A stretch of DNA of 64,000 nt from Callorhinchus milii (Eukaryota): contig NW_024704743.1 of NCBI RefSeq assembly GCF_018977255.1, forward strand, positions 12,712,001 to 12,776,000, in the 5' to 3' direction. The number at the start of each line of letters is the position of its first letter. Position 1 is the first letter of the stretch. Positions 24,884-37,400 of this stretch are shown piece after piece. The notes beneath the pieces are model-generated. The model ran no database searches. It was not told the DNA's origin and saw only the letters and a program-made list of their open reading frames with translations. The position numbers and the translations under genes were made by a program.

Positions 24884-25704
24884 TACAGGGTTAAAATGGA
24901 AGCACCTTTGAATATTTTGCAATCATACCATCAGAACTACAAAAAGAATCATACAGTGCAGACAAGGAATACATCAATTGCAAGAATGCATGAGGAGGGA
25001 TAGGATTATTACTGATGTGCCTTATCAGCATTTGTTGTCAAGGCACATTAATAACAATGCTACCCCTCCTAAAAAACATATAATCTAAAAGTAAAGGAGT
25101 TCATTGTTAGACTACTCATAGTCTGGTTGCAAAGTGTTCCATTTATTTTATCAAACAGGCTATTCTAGTATTCTATTACTGAATCACTTGTGAAAGGTGC
25201 AATACAAATGTAATTTTGCTGTTGTTGTTGTTGTGGTGATCTCTTATCTCAAGTGCACCCCACCTCCATTTGAGTTAATAGGAGGATTTTGCTTTGGTAA
25301 CTATTACACAATTCAAATCAGACTTGAGCCACTGGACCCTCCCCCCTCCCCCCACTCACACACAAAGTGGGTTGGAGTTGACAAGTCTTAACTCAGTATA
25401 AGACAGTCAAATAAATAGCCTGGCCTCCCTAGCTCCATACATCTTAAACCCTGAAGCCCGTAGCTTCCACTACAATAGATTCTACATGCTTATTACTACT
25501 ACCCTAACTTGGTTCAGTATCTTTGTCATTTTAGCAATCAAATTCAGTACTCAATAGAGCTCACTATTCTCTGCGAGGACAGTTCGTAAGTGTTGGCTGA
25601 ATACTAATACTGCTGATGACTGACTAATTTTACCACAATGCACCTCATGTAATGCAGATAAAATGCACATAAAAATCATGTTTCTCATTTCTCCAGGAAA
25701 CTAA

Positions 25705-26092
25705 AATAATAATCCTTACATTTGATATAGCACCTTTCATATCGGGTAGACATCTCAAAGCACTTCACAGAATTTATTGTAAAATGCAGTAATTGTGTAT
25801 TTTGAGGGCAAATACAGCAGTCAATTTGTACAGGGCAAACAGTCCTACAAACAGTCATAAAATGAGTAACCAAGTTAATCTGGAGGCTTGTTGGCCAAGA
25901 TACTGGGAGAAACTCGCTTCTCTTTTCAAACAGTACCATAGATGTTTTAATGTCCATCTGAAGGACAGCACCCTTCAGCACTGAACTGGAGTGTTAGTCT
26001 AGAGTCTCCAGACTATATGAGTTCAAAGTCCCAATATAAACCAATAACCTTCTGACTCAAGGCAAGAGTGCTACCAACTAAAGCCACCTGAC
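25705..26092 (-). mobile_element. Older Deu-SINE family (SacSINE1-like); further copies at 31940-32097(-), 33575-33990(-), 52335-52775(-), 54925-55107(-), 63315-63640(+)
   Basis: Head ..TTGGTAGCACTCTTGCC..GAGTCAGAAGGTT, body GGACATTAAA.ATCCCATGGCA, Deu core and L2-like tail. Confidence 0.72.
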
Positions 26093-27256
26093 AACTGAGT
26101 ATGGTTTCATAATCCAGGGCATTGACTTTAAAATCCTCGTTATGTACTTTTGAATCTCTCTGTGCTGTTGACACATCCTATCTTGCATTACCCTCAGGTA
26201 TACTAGTCCTCCAATTCAGGCTATTGCTGATTGCTCAACTTCTGAGCTTTGAGCTAATATGATCCACTCTCTAGAACGTGCTTCCCAAATCTATTTTTGT
26301 TTTTTCGTTCTGACTTCAAAATCCTTCTAAAACCTCATTTCATTTATTATGCCTTCAGTCAAAACTCACAAGCTCCTTATTCTTCCCATTCCTCTCGGTG
26401 ATCCACATCAGCTATGGGATATTATCCTATATGAAAGTTGCTATATGAAAGTTACTGTACAAGCTGTTGTTTTCATTCTGTTACTAAATTAAAGAGGTAT
26501 TTTACCTGGATCAAGCAATTTTGTATACTTCTAATTTCGTAGTTAATAATCCTTGCATTCGCTATTCTGCCTTTCACCTTGGGAGGACGTATCAAAAGTT
26601 CACAAGATTTACTGGAAAGCGGAAAGATTGTATTTTAAAAGCAAACACAGCAAACAATTTGTGCACAGTAATGTCTCACAGAGTCATGAAGTGAATGATA
26701 GATTTTATCTGTTGGCCAGAGAGAAACTCCCTGGTTATTAAAGTGGACTTAGAATGAAACAAAATTCTACCTAACTTATAATGATGTAAGAGTGTAAGAG
26801 ATATAAATATATCTGTGGGGGAAAAAACTGAGAAATTAACATTTTAAAGCCTTTTAGCAATCCAAAAGCCAGACTTTTATTTTGCATCTGACTTGTAGTT
26901 GGTGATAGATTGAACCCTGCTGATGGTATTATAACAGTGTTTTCCCTATTAATATGGTAAAACAAAATCTAAAACAAAGGGACATGGACTCAAATGTAGA
27001 AGAGGAAGAGGTGAAAAGACAGTTCAGATGTAATCACTTTTCACAGAGAGTGGTGAAAACAGTGGAAACAGACGAACCAGGGTGGAGCTAGACTGCAAAC
27101 AAATTCAAGAGTGAGTTAGATAGCTATTTGGCAAAGATATTGATTGAAGGGCATTAGAGATATAGTAGAGTGTAATTATTTATTTGTTTATTTATTTTTT
27201 ATTTTGCAACCACCCAGATGGACTGTAATAGTCTTTTTCCAAACATTGCTATAGAT

Positions 27257-28798
27257 CAGGGGTGGGCAAAAGACGGCCCGCGGGCCATATCCAGCCAGCC
27301 AAATGATTCTATCTGGCCTATCATTTGTTTAGCAATAGAAAAAAATTATAGTACGTTCAGTCCCAGAAAGTCGCACAAATTTCACATTTGAATCCGACCA
27401 GGAACATCAGCCGAACACACTGCTTAGTTGTGCGCACACTCCCTTAAGTGCTGAATCAGGCTGATGTCAGAAATATATGGATCGGCAAATTTTCAAAATT
27501 TAAAAATAAGGAGTGGAGTGGAAAAAAATTGGCGAATGTGACCACTGATGGAAGCCCAAATTTGACAGGCAAAAATGTTGGGTTACTGAAAAGAATTCAA
27601 GATCAAGTCAAAGAAACAAATCCAGAACAGAATATTGTTTTTCTACAGTGCATTATTATCCAAGAGGTCCTCTGTAAGAGTGATCTAAAACTAAGCAATG
27701 TCGTGGACACAGTTACGAAAGTGGTCAACTACATTCGAGCAAGAGGATTAAACCGCAGGCAATTTGTAACTCTGCTTGAGGAACTGGAATCTGAGCACAC
27801 GGATGTTCTGTATCACAGAATGTAAGATGGCTTCGTTTAGGAAAGGTCTTGTAAAGAGTGGGGGAACTGAGAACAGAGATTGATTGATTTTTGGGCATGA
27901 AACAAAAAAGATTCAGATTTCCCACAGCTGAATGATGCGAATTAGCTCTCTGATTTCACATTTGCCATTGATATCATGGGCCACATGAATGAACTGAATT
28001 CAAAACTGCAATGGAAGGGGGCCTTTGTGCACGATTTGTATTGCAGTGTCAAGTAATTTATGACAAAATTATTTCTTTTATCGCGTCAGATAGGAAACAG
28101 GCTGTTCGCCCACTTTCCAACTTTCCAGCAGATTACTATTTGCGATCAAAGCCTTAAAAAGTATATTTCGTCACTACTTGCCTTACATGCCAAATTTTCT
28201 CGCCAATTCCAGGATTTCAATTTGATCGAAAATGACCTGTCTTTGGTCTCTTCACCTTTCTCATTTGATGTTGACAAAGTCCCATTTTACCTCCAACTCG
28301 AGCTTATTGACCTGCAATGTGATCCATTGTTTGCGGAGCAATTCAAATCAGTGCCGCTTGTGCTGTTTGGATCAACATACATTATCGAGGAGACATTTTC
28401 TGTGATGAAATTCAATAAATCAAAACATAGATCTATGATGACTGATGACCACCTTGCAGCAGTACTCCGCATTGCAACAATGGAGACAATGCCTGACTTC
28501 AATTGTCTGGTTAACGCACATCAGCGCTTTCATTCTTCCCATTGAGTGAGCTTCTCACATTCTCATCAATACGTGAATGAATGAATAAATATTGAATAAA
28601 TGTCTGCTCAATGAGTTGTTTTTATTTAACCTAAGTTTAATAAATGTCAATTATATATACTTTATTTTATGCATGTACAAGTGTAAGACTTGATTTTAAG
28701 TTATTATTAAGCATTTGCATCTATATTAAGTGTGTAACCTGCGAAGCTTACCAAAACTCGTGAAGTGGCCCGCCAGCCGAAATAATTGCCCACTCCTG
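27257..28798 (+). mobile_element. Internally deleted hAT (Charlie/Buster, GTF2IRD2-like) DNA transposon with broken transposase
   Basis: TIRs CAGGGGTGGGCAA / TTGCCCACTCCTG; 8-bp flanks CTATAGAT/TGATAGAT. Protein remnants VTTDGSPNLTG, CIIIQEVLC, VNYIRARGLN.RQF, LQLELIDLQCD and FGSTY..E..FS.MK..KSK.RS. Confidence 0.92.
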
Positions 28799-29218
28799 TG
28801 ATAGATCAATGTGTTTAGCCAAAAATCTTTGAGTGAGGCTATCTGTGAGGGCAGAACAGTAAGTGTTTACTGAATACAATAAGTACTAACACTGTTGGTG
28901 AGTCACTAATCTTACTGCAATGCACCTAAAGTGACGCACCTAAAGTAACGCACATCAGCGCTTTCATTCTTCCCATTGCATGAGCTTCTCACATTCTCTA
29001 AGGTGTATTAATATACACAAGAAAATCCATATTTCTAATCTCTTTTGCAAACTTCTGATTCACGGTTCACTTTGTTTGCAATATAACTGTTTATTTGTGC
29101 AATGCCCCAACTCTTTGTTTGTGGCTGTTTAGGACTGGGCTGATGGGGGTGTGGAGTTTGGTATGGGTGAGCTTTGTACTTCACCATTCAATTATAGCCT
29201 TCGTACGATTTTACTCAC

Positions 29219-29495
29219 TTATTTTTTTGTGGCTCACGAAATTTCGCTCAAACATTTCCAAATGCAAATATAGAGAAAATATTGGAGCCACAAGAAATAC
29301 CGGTTATACAGTATTTCACCAAGATCACTCAAATTGCATACGTCTGTCTTTCTGTAATGACTAGTCATGATACATTTTATGTGGTATCTAAAAATTTTGA
29401 ATAAAATGCAGAATGTGTATTTTCTGTGCCTCTTCAATGAATTCAATTGAATGAGTTTGAAGAGCAACTGAGCAGGTTTCAAGTAAATTAAACTA
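29219..29495 (-). pseudogene. Pseudo-exon E7
   Basis: ttctttgcag| ... AA|GTGAGT; long open stretch (ORF 29234-29482) with a terminal stop. Confidence 0.4.
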
Positions 29496-29689
29496 CTGCA
29501 AAGAATTATGTGTTTTTTCTTTTAAAAAAGTTGTTAAATTCTATAGGTTCTTTGTATTTTATTTCATTTATTTCACAGGGAGTGCTGCTGTTGTTATCAG
29601 AGGCACGAAATGATGCATTCAGACCAACTGTTACCGAGCAAGTTTATTATTAGAGCTGCAGTCACAAACCCGGGGATGATTCAGCATCA

Positions 29690-30000
29690 AATATGTACAT
29701 CTACGCAACTCCCTCACAGCATTCAGCTTGCCATTGATATTGGCAGACCGCAATATCAATGGCAAGCTATGCACTGTTAGCTGGTTAGACTCCAGCAGTT
29801 CCCCATGCACACTCTGGGGTCCCGAAGCTTTGGCTCTTGACAACCTGGGCCTAATACTTTCGAGAATTAGGTAAGCAGGATGCATCCCCTCCAGGGAGAG
29901 AGTGCACATTCCATTCCAACAATCTAGCCCTGGGATTTCCATGTGTAGTTGGGATGCATGTAATTCTCAGTTTAGTTTGAATACTCTCAAGCATGGTGAT
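29690..30000. repeat. Unclassified dispersed repeat; homologous copies at 31030-31500 and 51570-51810
   Basis: Shared blocks ATGCACACTCTGGGGT, GAGA.AGTG.ACATTCCAT.C and AAGCATGGT; CCTGAGCCAGG..GTC..CAGTACTCCAGG is shared by the two other copies. Confidence 0.7.
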
Positions 30001-30540
30001 GAGTTTCAGCATGTGTCAAACACACAGCTGAACAAAAAAAATCCAGGTGCACCTGACCAAAGCACTGTACAGCTTGAGTATGACAGAATCTGATGGGCAT
30101 TTAACAGGCTGTTTTGTGGGCCTTTCTTTAAAAGAAACACAACCACTAAATGATATAGGTCTTCCTAAGCACCAACGTTTAAAGTACAGATCTTTGTCTT
30201 GACCTTTAAATCCCTCCATGGTTTTTCTCCACCCTGTGACCTCAAACCCTACCAACCCAGTTGCTCCCCACACCCACTCACAGCTCAAGATACAAACCCT
30301 GAACTGTTCAGAACTTTGGGACACTGTAACACACAACTGAGTCCCAAAGATCAGCTTGTTAAAATAGTAACTCTGTAATAAGTTAGGGTAGCCCTTATCC
30401 TGGAAGATCTCTACTCTTGTTTGCTTTCTGCTCTTTAGATGTGCCCTGTGACATAGTTAAAGAATAGTTAAACCACCCCACCTGCCAAACATCCAGAATA
30501 TTGATCACTGTGAAACACTCGATATTTTTGTCTTTCAATT

Positions 30541-30880
30541 TAATAATAATAATCTGTGCATTTGATGTAGGGTTATCACACCTTCGAGACATCTCAAAGC
30601 GCTTCATAGAATATAGTGTGAAGTGTAGTGATGTACTTTTTGTGGGCGAAATGTGGCAGCCAATTGCGCACAGCAGCATTCTACAAACAGTTGTGAATTG
30701 AGTGACCAAATTATTTTTAAAAAAATTTTTTAAAAAGGGAATATTACCCCCGGAAAAGCAATCCGCCAATCGACTGACAACCGGGTTCCTACGTACTGCT
30801 AGGTAAACAGTGACGTGCGGAGTAAGGAAATTTGCCTAACGTTTCACCCTGCCGGGAATGGAATCCAGGTCCTCTGGTTC
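30541..30880 (-). mobile_element. Deu-SINE long form
   Basis: Homologous to 16505-16880. Confidence 0.88.
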
Positions 30881-31499
30881 GCCCCCTTCATCATGCTGAC
30901 AGAGTCACTAGTGACTACACTTGTTGGGAGGAGCAGGGAGGGTGGGGGGGCAGGGTCGGGGTGGGGAAAGGAGGTCAGCGGGGTCTCCTTGGAGCTGAAC
31001 TAACTCAAAGGTGACATGCTTGGCAATGGAATATCAGAATCGAGCTAGCCCTCTGTGGTGGTCTTGGTTGTCCAGTTCCTGAGCCAGGCTGGTCTACAGT
31101 ACTCCAGGCCAAACAGCCTGGCTCATTGGCAGGACTTGAAGGGCCAAACCAGTCACTGGGTGCAGGTATTCTATCCATTAGGCTCCTATCAACACTGCAA
31201 GCCAAAGCCTATACAGTTTAGGTAATCCTAAAATGGACAACAGCGAGAAGGTTTCCAGACAATGCTCTCAATGGCAAGCTGTGTGGTTACATCTGGTTAA
31301 ACAACAGTCCCCCAATGCACACTCTGGGGTTACTAAGCCTGGGTACTTTCCAATCTTTACTTGATACTCTCCAAACTTAGGTAAGTTGAACACAGATCTC
31401 AGAGAAAGTGTACATTCCATCCTATACACAGGGAAAGTTTCATATGCAGGTGGCATAAATATGTGAAACTCAGTCTAATTTGGACATTTTTAAGCATGG

Positions 31500-31930
31500 T
31501 AATAGTATCCAAAAAATATCTTTCACTGAAATGTCTTGAATTCTTTCCATTTTCCAAAGGAAACGTGGAGGCTTAGTGATGAACAACAGCACAAGATATA
31601 GTGATGAATAGTGGAGCCAGATATAGTGACCAGCAGCAGCGCAAAGTTTTGTGAACAAAGAGAATTGCAGCAAGATCAAGCAATAAGCTGCAGTGGAACA
31701 AGGTTAAACAACTAGAAGTGATGCAGTAATTTGCTGTTTCACAATTTTATTTGAATTTTCGCATTTCAGGAAGCAGTCAACTATGCAGACACTGCACCTT
31801 TTGCAGTTAATCTCAGTACTAGAAAACAAGTTATTGTCCCCATTTTGAACATCTAATGTTGTTACACCAAAGTAATAGCAACGGTATCATGCCACTTCAG
31901 AAATATTGCACTCAACTAATCGTGGATGTT
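31500..31930 (-). pseudogene. Pseudo-exon E6 (donor not found; abuts dispersed repeat)
   Basis: cttctgcttgcag|A at 31930. Frames YRCYYFGVTTLDV...NKIVKQQITASLLVV* and CSTAAYCLILLQFSLFTKL. Confidence 0.33.
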
Positions 31931-32569
31931 CTGCAAGCAGAAGGGACCTCAGTTTAATGTGTCAGGAGAAGGATGGCACCTCTGACAATGCAACATTCCC
32001 CTAGCACTGCACTGTCATTTTAGACTATGTGACTCCAAGTCTCGACACGCAGCTTGAATCCCGGGCTGGAGTGCTATCAACTGAGCCAGGCTGACACAAA
32101 TTTATAATCAAAGTATCCAGCATGTCATAGTTCTGGTAGCTACTGCAGAGTATAAAATGTGCATTTGATGTCATATGGAGAACAGTGCTGAGACTTACAT
32201 TGAAGATTGAATACATGCATAACTTTAGACATTTCACCTGGATCTATCTAGCATTTCAGAGCATCCAAAATGTAGCATATTGGTCTTAAACTTGAAACCC
32301 ATTTTTTTGTAATTCACAAAAGAATTCACTGAAAATCCACTTCCAAATTAAGGCTATATTTAAGAACTTGCCGAATTCTGGATGTTCTGAAATGCTACAT
32401 AAATTGAGTAAATCTAGACTCAGGTAGAATTTCTAGACTTTATAGACTTTGCTTAAGAGTATGAGCAAATAACAGGTTCAGGCAGAAAAATATAAACTGT
32501 GGTCAACTGCTGTGTATCTATTGATCTCCAGGTCTTCCAGACAACACATTTATCACCTAAAAGCCTACA

Positions 32570-32720
32570 AGAAACAAACAGAAAAATTATCGAAATCAAC
32601 TGTGCAGGTCAACCAAAGTCTGAGACAGAAACACTGGTTAACATTTGAGCCTTGACCCTTCGTCAGAACAGGAGCAGTGGGTTGCAACCACATCTGTAAA
32701 GGAGGGAGGAAGTACAAGTG
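32570..32720 (-). mobile_element. Degenerate Penelope-like terminal fragment
   Basis: TTCTGACGAAGGGTCAAGGCTCAAATGTTAAC on the minus strand, homologous to the 14356 and 48951 copies. Confidence 0.55.
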
Positions 32721-32772
32721 AAGAGAAAGAGACATCAAGAAGTTGAATAAGTATTACATCAAAGTCTGCTAC

Positions 32773-33394
32773 CTTTGGCAAATTGCTGTCATTATCCCCT
32801 TCGGTCGTATATTATTGAACCTCAGCTTCAACGCTTAAGACAATGTAAGGGACAAAAAGAATCTCTTATTTACACCGAATGATCAGGGTCACAGAATGGC
32901 AAGCAACAGCAGCTTTCATTAGCTTGGTACATGAACCTGTGTCAGAGAAGTTCATAGCACAGTGAGGCAACCTCCTGTGCAGCTAGTGAAGCACAATCCT
33001 AGGGGATCAACTGACTGAGATTATGCCTACATTTTAGAAGTAGACAGTAATTTAAAACTTCATGGTCAAGAACATTTTTTTGACCTGAGCACCAACCTAT
33101 GGGTAATGCTAATGACTTGTTCCATGGTGAGCACAACAAGAACACAGGGGCATGTTTCAAGGACGTTGCTTGAAATGTAACCAAGCCTTTCAGTTTAATA
33201 ACAACAGGATGGGTCAAATCCCTGAACAGTCCCTGCTTTCTCAAAATGGCAAAAGGCCTGAAGTGAGGATGTGTAGGAATCTTCAGGTGGAAGCACACTT
33301 CAATAAATTGCTGTAACAGTAATTTGATAGCCAGAAACTCATAACCCAATTTATTCCCGCTTCACTTTGATAAATCTCCTGCCTCTGTACATCA
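32773..33394 (-). pseudogene. Pseudo-exon E5 (DUF4495-like core)
   Basis: aatttcag|T at 33394, weak donor AAG|GTAGCA. IKLLLQQFIE, WNKSLALPIGWCS and HNLSQLIP*DCASLAAQEVASLCYELL*HRF resemble KIAA0825 FLVLVQRYQE, WDDYKAFYEGERCS and [31 protein letters not shown]. Confidence 0.6.
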
Positions 33395-34418
33395 CTGAAA
33401 TTTCAGAATAGGAGATCATTTGACATACGTATCATGCCTGTGCCATATTAGCTCCCCTGTAGGAATTTTCTGTTTTCATGCAATTTCCCTCCTTTTTTGC
33501 CATACCTGCTTTATTCCTCATTCATCAATTGTTTTCCAAATGTCAGGATTAACTTATAAATAATGAAAAAAGTAATACTTGCAATTGATAGAGTGCCTTT
33601 AATGTCAGGATAGTTTCAAAGTCTTCGCAAAGTTTTTGTAAAATGTAGTGAATGTATATTTGTTGTCGAAAGCAGCAGCCAATTTGTCCAACGTGATGAC
33701 CAACAAACAGCCATGAAGTGAATGACCAATTTTATTTGGGGGATTGTTAGCCAAGACACCAGGAAATTCCCTTCTCTTTACAAATAGTGCCATGGAATCT
33801 TAAACATCCACCTGACAGGCAAATAGCATCTCCGTTTAACATCTCATCCGTATGACAACACTTCCAACAATGCAGCATACGTCAGCACTGCATTGAAGTG
33901 TGATCTTAGACTATATGAGTTCCACGTCCCAAAGTGGGGGGCTTGAACTCACAACCCTCTGACTCAGGGTGAGAATCCCTGCAACTGAAATTTTATCTGA
34001 AGAGTTACTGGTCAGGAAATGGAAGAAACTACCTTCCCTTTTTGAATAACATCTTTAACATTCATCTCAGCAGGCAGACATTAACTCTGAAAATGAAGGG
34101 CCCTCCAAGAAATGCAGTGTCAGCCTGGAATTGACTTCAATAGCCATTGAAATAACCTATTTCATGTCCAAATAACACTTTGTGTAAAATAGCTGGGAAG
34201 GGGTGGGTAATGAATATCAGATAGTCTCAGACGTAGGCTTTCTCCACAGGTGTCATCCAACCCCACAAACTTTGTTATGTAGCTGACAGGATGAACAGTT
34301 GGGATACTGGTTTCTCTAGCCATCATCAATGCAAGTTATTTTTATTTCTTGAACAATCAAGATTTTCTTTTAAGGGCATCAGTTCTGTCATTCTCCCATT
34401 GGACAGGCTAGGACATAA

Positions 34419-37400
34419 AACAACAACAACAAGATTTCATTTATAGAGCGCCTTTTACGTCGGGAGGACATTCCAAGGAGCTGGACAGTTGGGACGGGAC
34501 CCGAGCAGGGGGGAAATGGTCAGGGTGAGGGGAGGGAAGGGAGGGAGCGAGGAGGGGGCAAAGAGTCGAGATGCGAGCTGAAGGCACGGTCGAAGAGAAA
34601 GGTCTTGAGACCGGCCTTGAAGGAGGAAAGGGAGGAGGCGGCGAAGGCACTGGGGGATGGAGTTCCAGAGCCGAGGGGCTGAGAGGCTGAAGGCCCGGCC
34701 ACCGATGGTAGGGCGGTTAGGGCGGGGGATGTGGAGCAAACCGGAGCCAGAGGAACGGAGGGTACGGGCAGGTAGGTAGGGGGATAGTAGGTCGGAGAGG
34801 TAGGAGGGAGCAAGGCCGTGAATGGCTTTGTAAGTGAGGATGAGGATCTTGAATTCGATCCTCTGGGGGATGGGGAGCCAGTGGAGGCGAGCGAGGGTGG
34901 GAGTGATGTGGTCGTGAAGCCTGGTACAGGACAGTACACGAGCTGCAGAGTTCTGAATGACCTGCAGCTTGTGGAGGGAGGTGCCGGGAAGGCCGACGAG
35001 GAGAGAGTTCCCACAGTCCAGCCTTGAGGTGATAAAGGCGTGAACCAGGGTTTCAGCAGCGTGAGGGGTGAGGTAGTGCCGTAGTCTGGCGACATTCCGG
35101 AGGTGATGGAAGGCGGTGCCAGTTGTGGCGCGGATATGGGGGAGAAAGGACAGCTCAGGGTCGAACAGAACCCCGAGGTTCCTGATTGGCTTTGAGAGGT
35201 GGAGAGTGCAGCCTTGGATGCTGATGCTGTCAGCGCCTGAGGTGCGGAGGCGCTGACGCGAACCAATCAGGAGGGCCTCAGTTTTGTGCACATTGAGCTG
35301 AAGAAAGTTGTCTCTCGTCCAGGACTCGATGTCGCACAGGCAGCTGTCAGGACATCGGTGGTCGTGGAGTTGAGGGTAGAGGAGGAAAGGTAGAGTTGGG
35401 TGTCATCCGCAGACATGCGGAAGTTAACCCCATGTCTGCGGATGATGTCACCACAGGGGGAGCATATAGAGGGTGAAGAGGAGGGGACCGAGGACAGAGC
35501 CCTGAGGGACACCGCACGAGACAGTGTGGGAGCTGGAGGAAAAGCTGTTTGTGGAAACAAAATGAAGGCGGTGGGAGAGGTACGACCGAAACCACCCAAG
35601 GACAGGGCCTTGAAGGTTGAGGTGGGAGGACAAGCGGTGGAGGAGGATAGAGTGGTCGACCGTATCGAATGCGGCCGATAGGTCGAAGAGGACGAGGAGG
35701 CAGAGGGAGCTCTGGTCGCAGATGGTCAAGATGTCATTGGTGACCTTGACCAGGGCAGTTTCTGTGCTATGGGCAGCACGGAAACCTGACTGAAGGGGTT
35801 CGAATAATGAATGGGTGGAGAGGAAAGAGCGCAGCTGGGAGGCGACGACTCTTTCAAGGACCTTGGACAGGAAGGGGAGGTTGGAGATGGGCCGGTAGCT
35901 TGATAGCTGCGATGCGGATTTTTTCAAAGTGAGAGTGATGGTGGCAGTTTTTAGGGGAATTGGGACAGAGCCAGAGGAGAGGGACAACAACAACAACAAC
36001 AAGATTCCATTTATAAAGCGCCTTTCACGTCAGGAGGACGTCCCAAGGCGCTGCACAGTTGGGTCATGACCCGAGCAGGGGGGAAATGGTCAGGGTGAGG
36101 GGAGGGAAGGGAGGGAGCGAGGAGGGGGAAAAGAGTCGAGAGGGGAGCTGAAGGCACGGTTAAAGAGAAAGGTTTTGAGACCGGCCTTGAAGGAGGAAAG
36201 GGAGGAGGTGGCAAAGGCACTGGGGGATGGAGTTCCAGAGCCTGGGGGCTGAGAGGCTGAAGGCCCGACCACCGATGGTAGGGCGGTTGGGGAGGGGGAC
36301 GTGGAGCAGACCGGAGCCAGAGGAACGGAGGGTACGGGCAGGTAGGTAGGGGGATAGTAGGTTGGAGAGGTTGGAGGGAGCAAGGCCGTGAATGGCCTTG
36401 TAGGTGAGGATGAGGATCTTGAAATCAATCCTCTGGGGGATGGGGAGCCAGTGGAGGCGAGCGAGGGTGGGAGTGATGTGGTCGTGAAGCCTGGTGCGGG
36501 ACAGTACACGAGCTGCAGAGTTCTGAATGACCTGCAGCTTGTGGAGGGAGGTGGCGGGAAGGCCGGCGAGGAGAGAGTTCCCGTAGTCCAGCCTTGAGGT
36601 GACAAAGGCGTGAACCAGGGTTTCAGCAGCGTGAGGGGTGAGGTAATGGCGTAGTCTGGCGATATTCCGGAGGTGATGGAAGGCGGTGCCAGTTGTGGTG
36701 CGGATGTGAGGGAGAAAGGACAGCTCAGGGTCGAACAAAACGCCGAGGTTCCTGACTGGCTTTGAGAGGTGGAGAGTGCAGCCTTGGATGCTGATGGTGT
36801 CAGCGCCTGAGGTGCGGAGGCGCTGACGTGAGCCAATCAGGAGGGCCTCGGTTTTTCGCACGTTGAGCTGAAGAAAGTTGTCTCTCGTCCAGGACTCGAT
36901 GTCGGACAGGCAGCTATCAGGACATCGGTGGTCGTGGAGTTGAGGGTAGAGGAGGAAAGGTAGAGTTGGGTGTCATCCGCATACATGTGGAAGTTAACTC
37001 CATGTCTGCGGATGATGTCACCAAGGGGGAGCATATAGAGGGTGAAGAGGAGGGGACCGAGGACAGAGCCCTGAGGGACACCACATGAGACAGTACGGGG
37101 GGTGGAGGAGAAGCCATTCGTCGAGACAAAGTGAAGACGGTGAGAAAGGTACGACCTAAACCACTCAAGGACAGTGCCTTGAAGGTTGAGGTGGGAGGAC
37201 AAGCGGTGGAGTAGGATAGCGTGGTCGACCGTATCGAATGCTGCCGATAGGTCGAGGAGGACGAGGAGACAGAGGGAGCCCTGGTCACAGATGGTCAGGA
37301 TATCATTGGTGACCTTGACCAGGGCAGTTTCTGTGCTATGGGCAGCACGGAAACCTGACTGAAGGGGTTCGAAAAGTGAATGGGTGGAAAGGAAAGAGCA

